Below, one piece after another: positions 33,869 through 34,632 of a stretch of DNA of 34,632 nt; position 1 is the first letter of the stretch, and each line of letters begins with the position of its first letter. The DNA is from Opitutaceae bacterium (GTDB lineage Bacteria > Verrucomicrobiota > Verrucomicrobiia > Opitutales > Opitutaceae): contig JBDSGI010000459.1 in assembly GCA_039919035.1 (NCBI GenBank), positions 1 to 34,632 on the forward strand. Direction: 5' to 3'. Below the pieces are notes generated by a model. That model had not been told where the DNA came from. It did not search any database and worked only from the letters and a program-made list of their open reading frames with translations. The translations under genes were made by a program, and so were the position numbers.

Positions 33869-34421
33869 TGGACAGAGGCCGCACCTCGTAGCCGAGCCGG
33901 TTGGCCATCGGCACGAGTTCGAGGCCGGCTTCATTTCCCAGTCGGATGGAGATCTTGGCGACGCTCGAGTCGTCGAAGAAGCCGTCCGGCGTAAAGCGGA
34001 TGACCGCCATGTTCTCATCGGTGAGGCCCAGCCGCTCGTCGTCCTGTTCCGAAATGGGCGCGTTGGCGCGTTCCGGCGTCTCCAGTGTAAGCCCCGCCTC
34101 CGCGACATAGCGGATGGCGCGGGTGTCGAGTTCGGCATCCGCGTAACTGGACTGCACCGCGAGTCCGTAGGCGGACTCGGCGGGACTAATCCAGACGATA
34201 AACGGAATGCCTTCCGAGACCGCGCGACTTTGCGCGTAGTGGGTTAGCGAAAGCATGCGGCGGGCTTCGAAATTCAGCGCGCGGCCACGAAAGAAAGAAC
34301 CCATGCTCGAAACGACGAACACCGCCGCGATGGCCAGCAGCGCGAGCACGAAGATCAGTTCGATCAGGGTGAAACCGCCGCACCGTCGCGGGGAAAAGTT
34401 ACTTTGCCGTGATCGATGCAT
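33858..34421 (-). CDS. gspH: Minor pseudopilin GspH/FimT-like
   Basis: GG/FTLIELIFVLALLAI, YAQSRAVSEG and IRFTPDG. Confidence 0.88.
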   Translation of the reverse strand: MHRSRQSNFSPRRCGGFTLIELIFVLALLAIAAVFVVSSMGSFFRGRALNFEARRMLSLTHYAQSRAVSEGIPFIVWISPAESAYGLAVQSSYADAELDTRAIRYVAEAGLTLETPERANAPISEQDDERLGLTDENMAVIRFTPDGFFDDSSVAKISIRLGNEAGLELVPMANRLGYEVRPLSNVN

Positions 34422-34632
34422 TCACCACGTCGTCCGCTGTGCCAGCCTGGCCGTCCGGTCCCATGGAAACAACGTCGTAACCGCTGACGTTTACCCGACC
34501 GGGGAACTCGTAAACGTAAGGATGGCCCCAAGGATCGAGCGGGATGTCACTCTTCAGGTAGGGCCCGCGCCAGCCGGTGATGTCGGCGGGGGCGACCAGC
34601 AGTTGATTGAGGCCGTCCTGGCCTCGCGGGTA
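34399..34632 (-). CDS. gspG: Major pseudopilin GspG, 3' part only
   Basis: Manual translation: YPRGQDGLNQLLVAPADITGWRGPYLKSDIPLDPWGHPYVYEFPGRVNVSGYDVVSMGPDGQAGTADDVVNASITAK*. It has the hallmark GPYL, DPWG-Y-Y and S-GPDG...DD motifs and is not in the ORF track. Confidence 0.93.
   Translation of the reverse strand, partial: YPRGQDGLNQLLVAPADITGWRGPYLKSDIPLDPWGHPYVYEFPGRVNVSGYDVVSMGPDGQAGTADDVVNASITAK

Overview
This GC-rich bacterial window is probably Verrucomicrobiota (Opitutaceae-like). That is inferred from the TonB-dependent receptor N-terminal motif, the GntR-LacI hybrid regulator, the PVC-type CxxCH protein and the absence of Shine-Dalgarno leaders. It has four blocks. (1) 1-5350, minus strand: a ligase-associated DNA repair cluster with an MBL exonuclease fused to an ATP-dependent ligase, an Lhr-core helicase, and the 5' end of a metallophosphoesterase missed by the ORF track. 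(2) 5819-6659: a small outer-membrane beta-barrel gene and a possible small membrane protein. (3) About 6695-23290: a nutrient uptake/catabolic block with two TonB-dependent receptors, a GntR-LacI regulator with a candidate operator palindrome, a dehydrogenase, an MFS transporter, a PVC-type cytochrome c protein, a Tat amidohydrolase, a Tat Gfo/Idh/MocA enzyme and a DUF6807/PmoA-like protein. This block contains a 758-bp diverged tandem duplication that creates an in-frame chimeric gene. It is bracketed by a 42-bp imperfect direct repeat matching the 3' end of the neighbouring response regulator gene. (4) 23294-34632, minus strand: a type II secretion operon (gspG-H-I-J-K-L-M-C-like) whose secretin is split into two genes inside the N3 domain, each with its own signal peptide. 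It is followed by a histidine kinase and an NtrC-like regulator with a degenerate GAFTGA loop. No rRNA, tRNA, CRISPR array, transposase or integrase was recognised.
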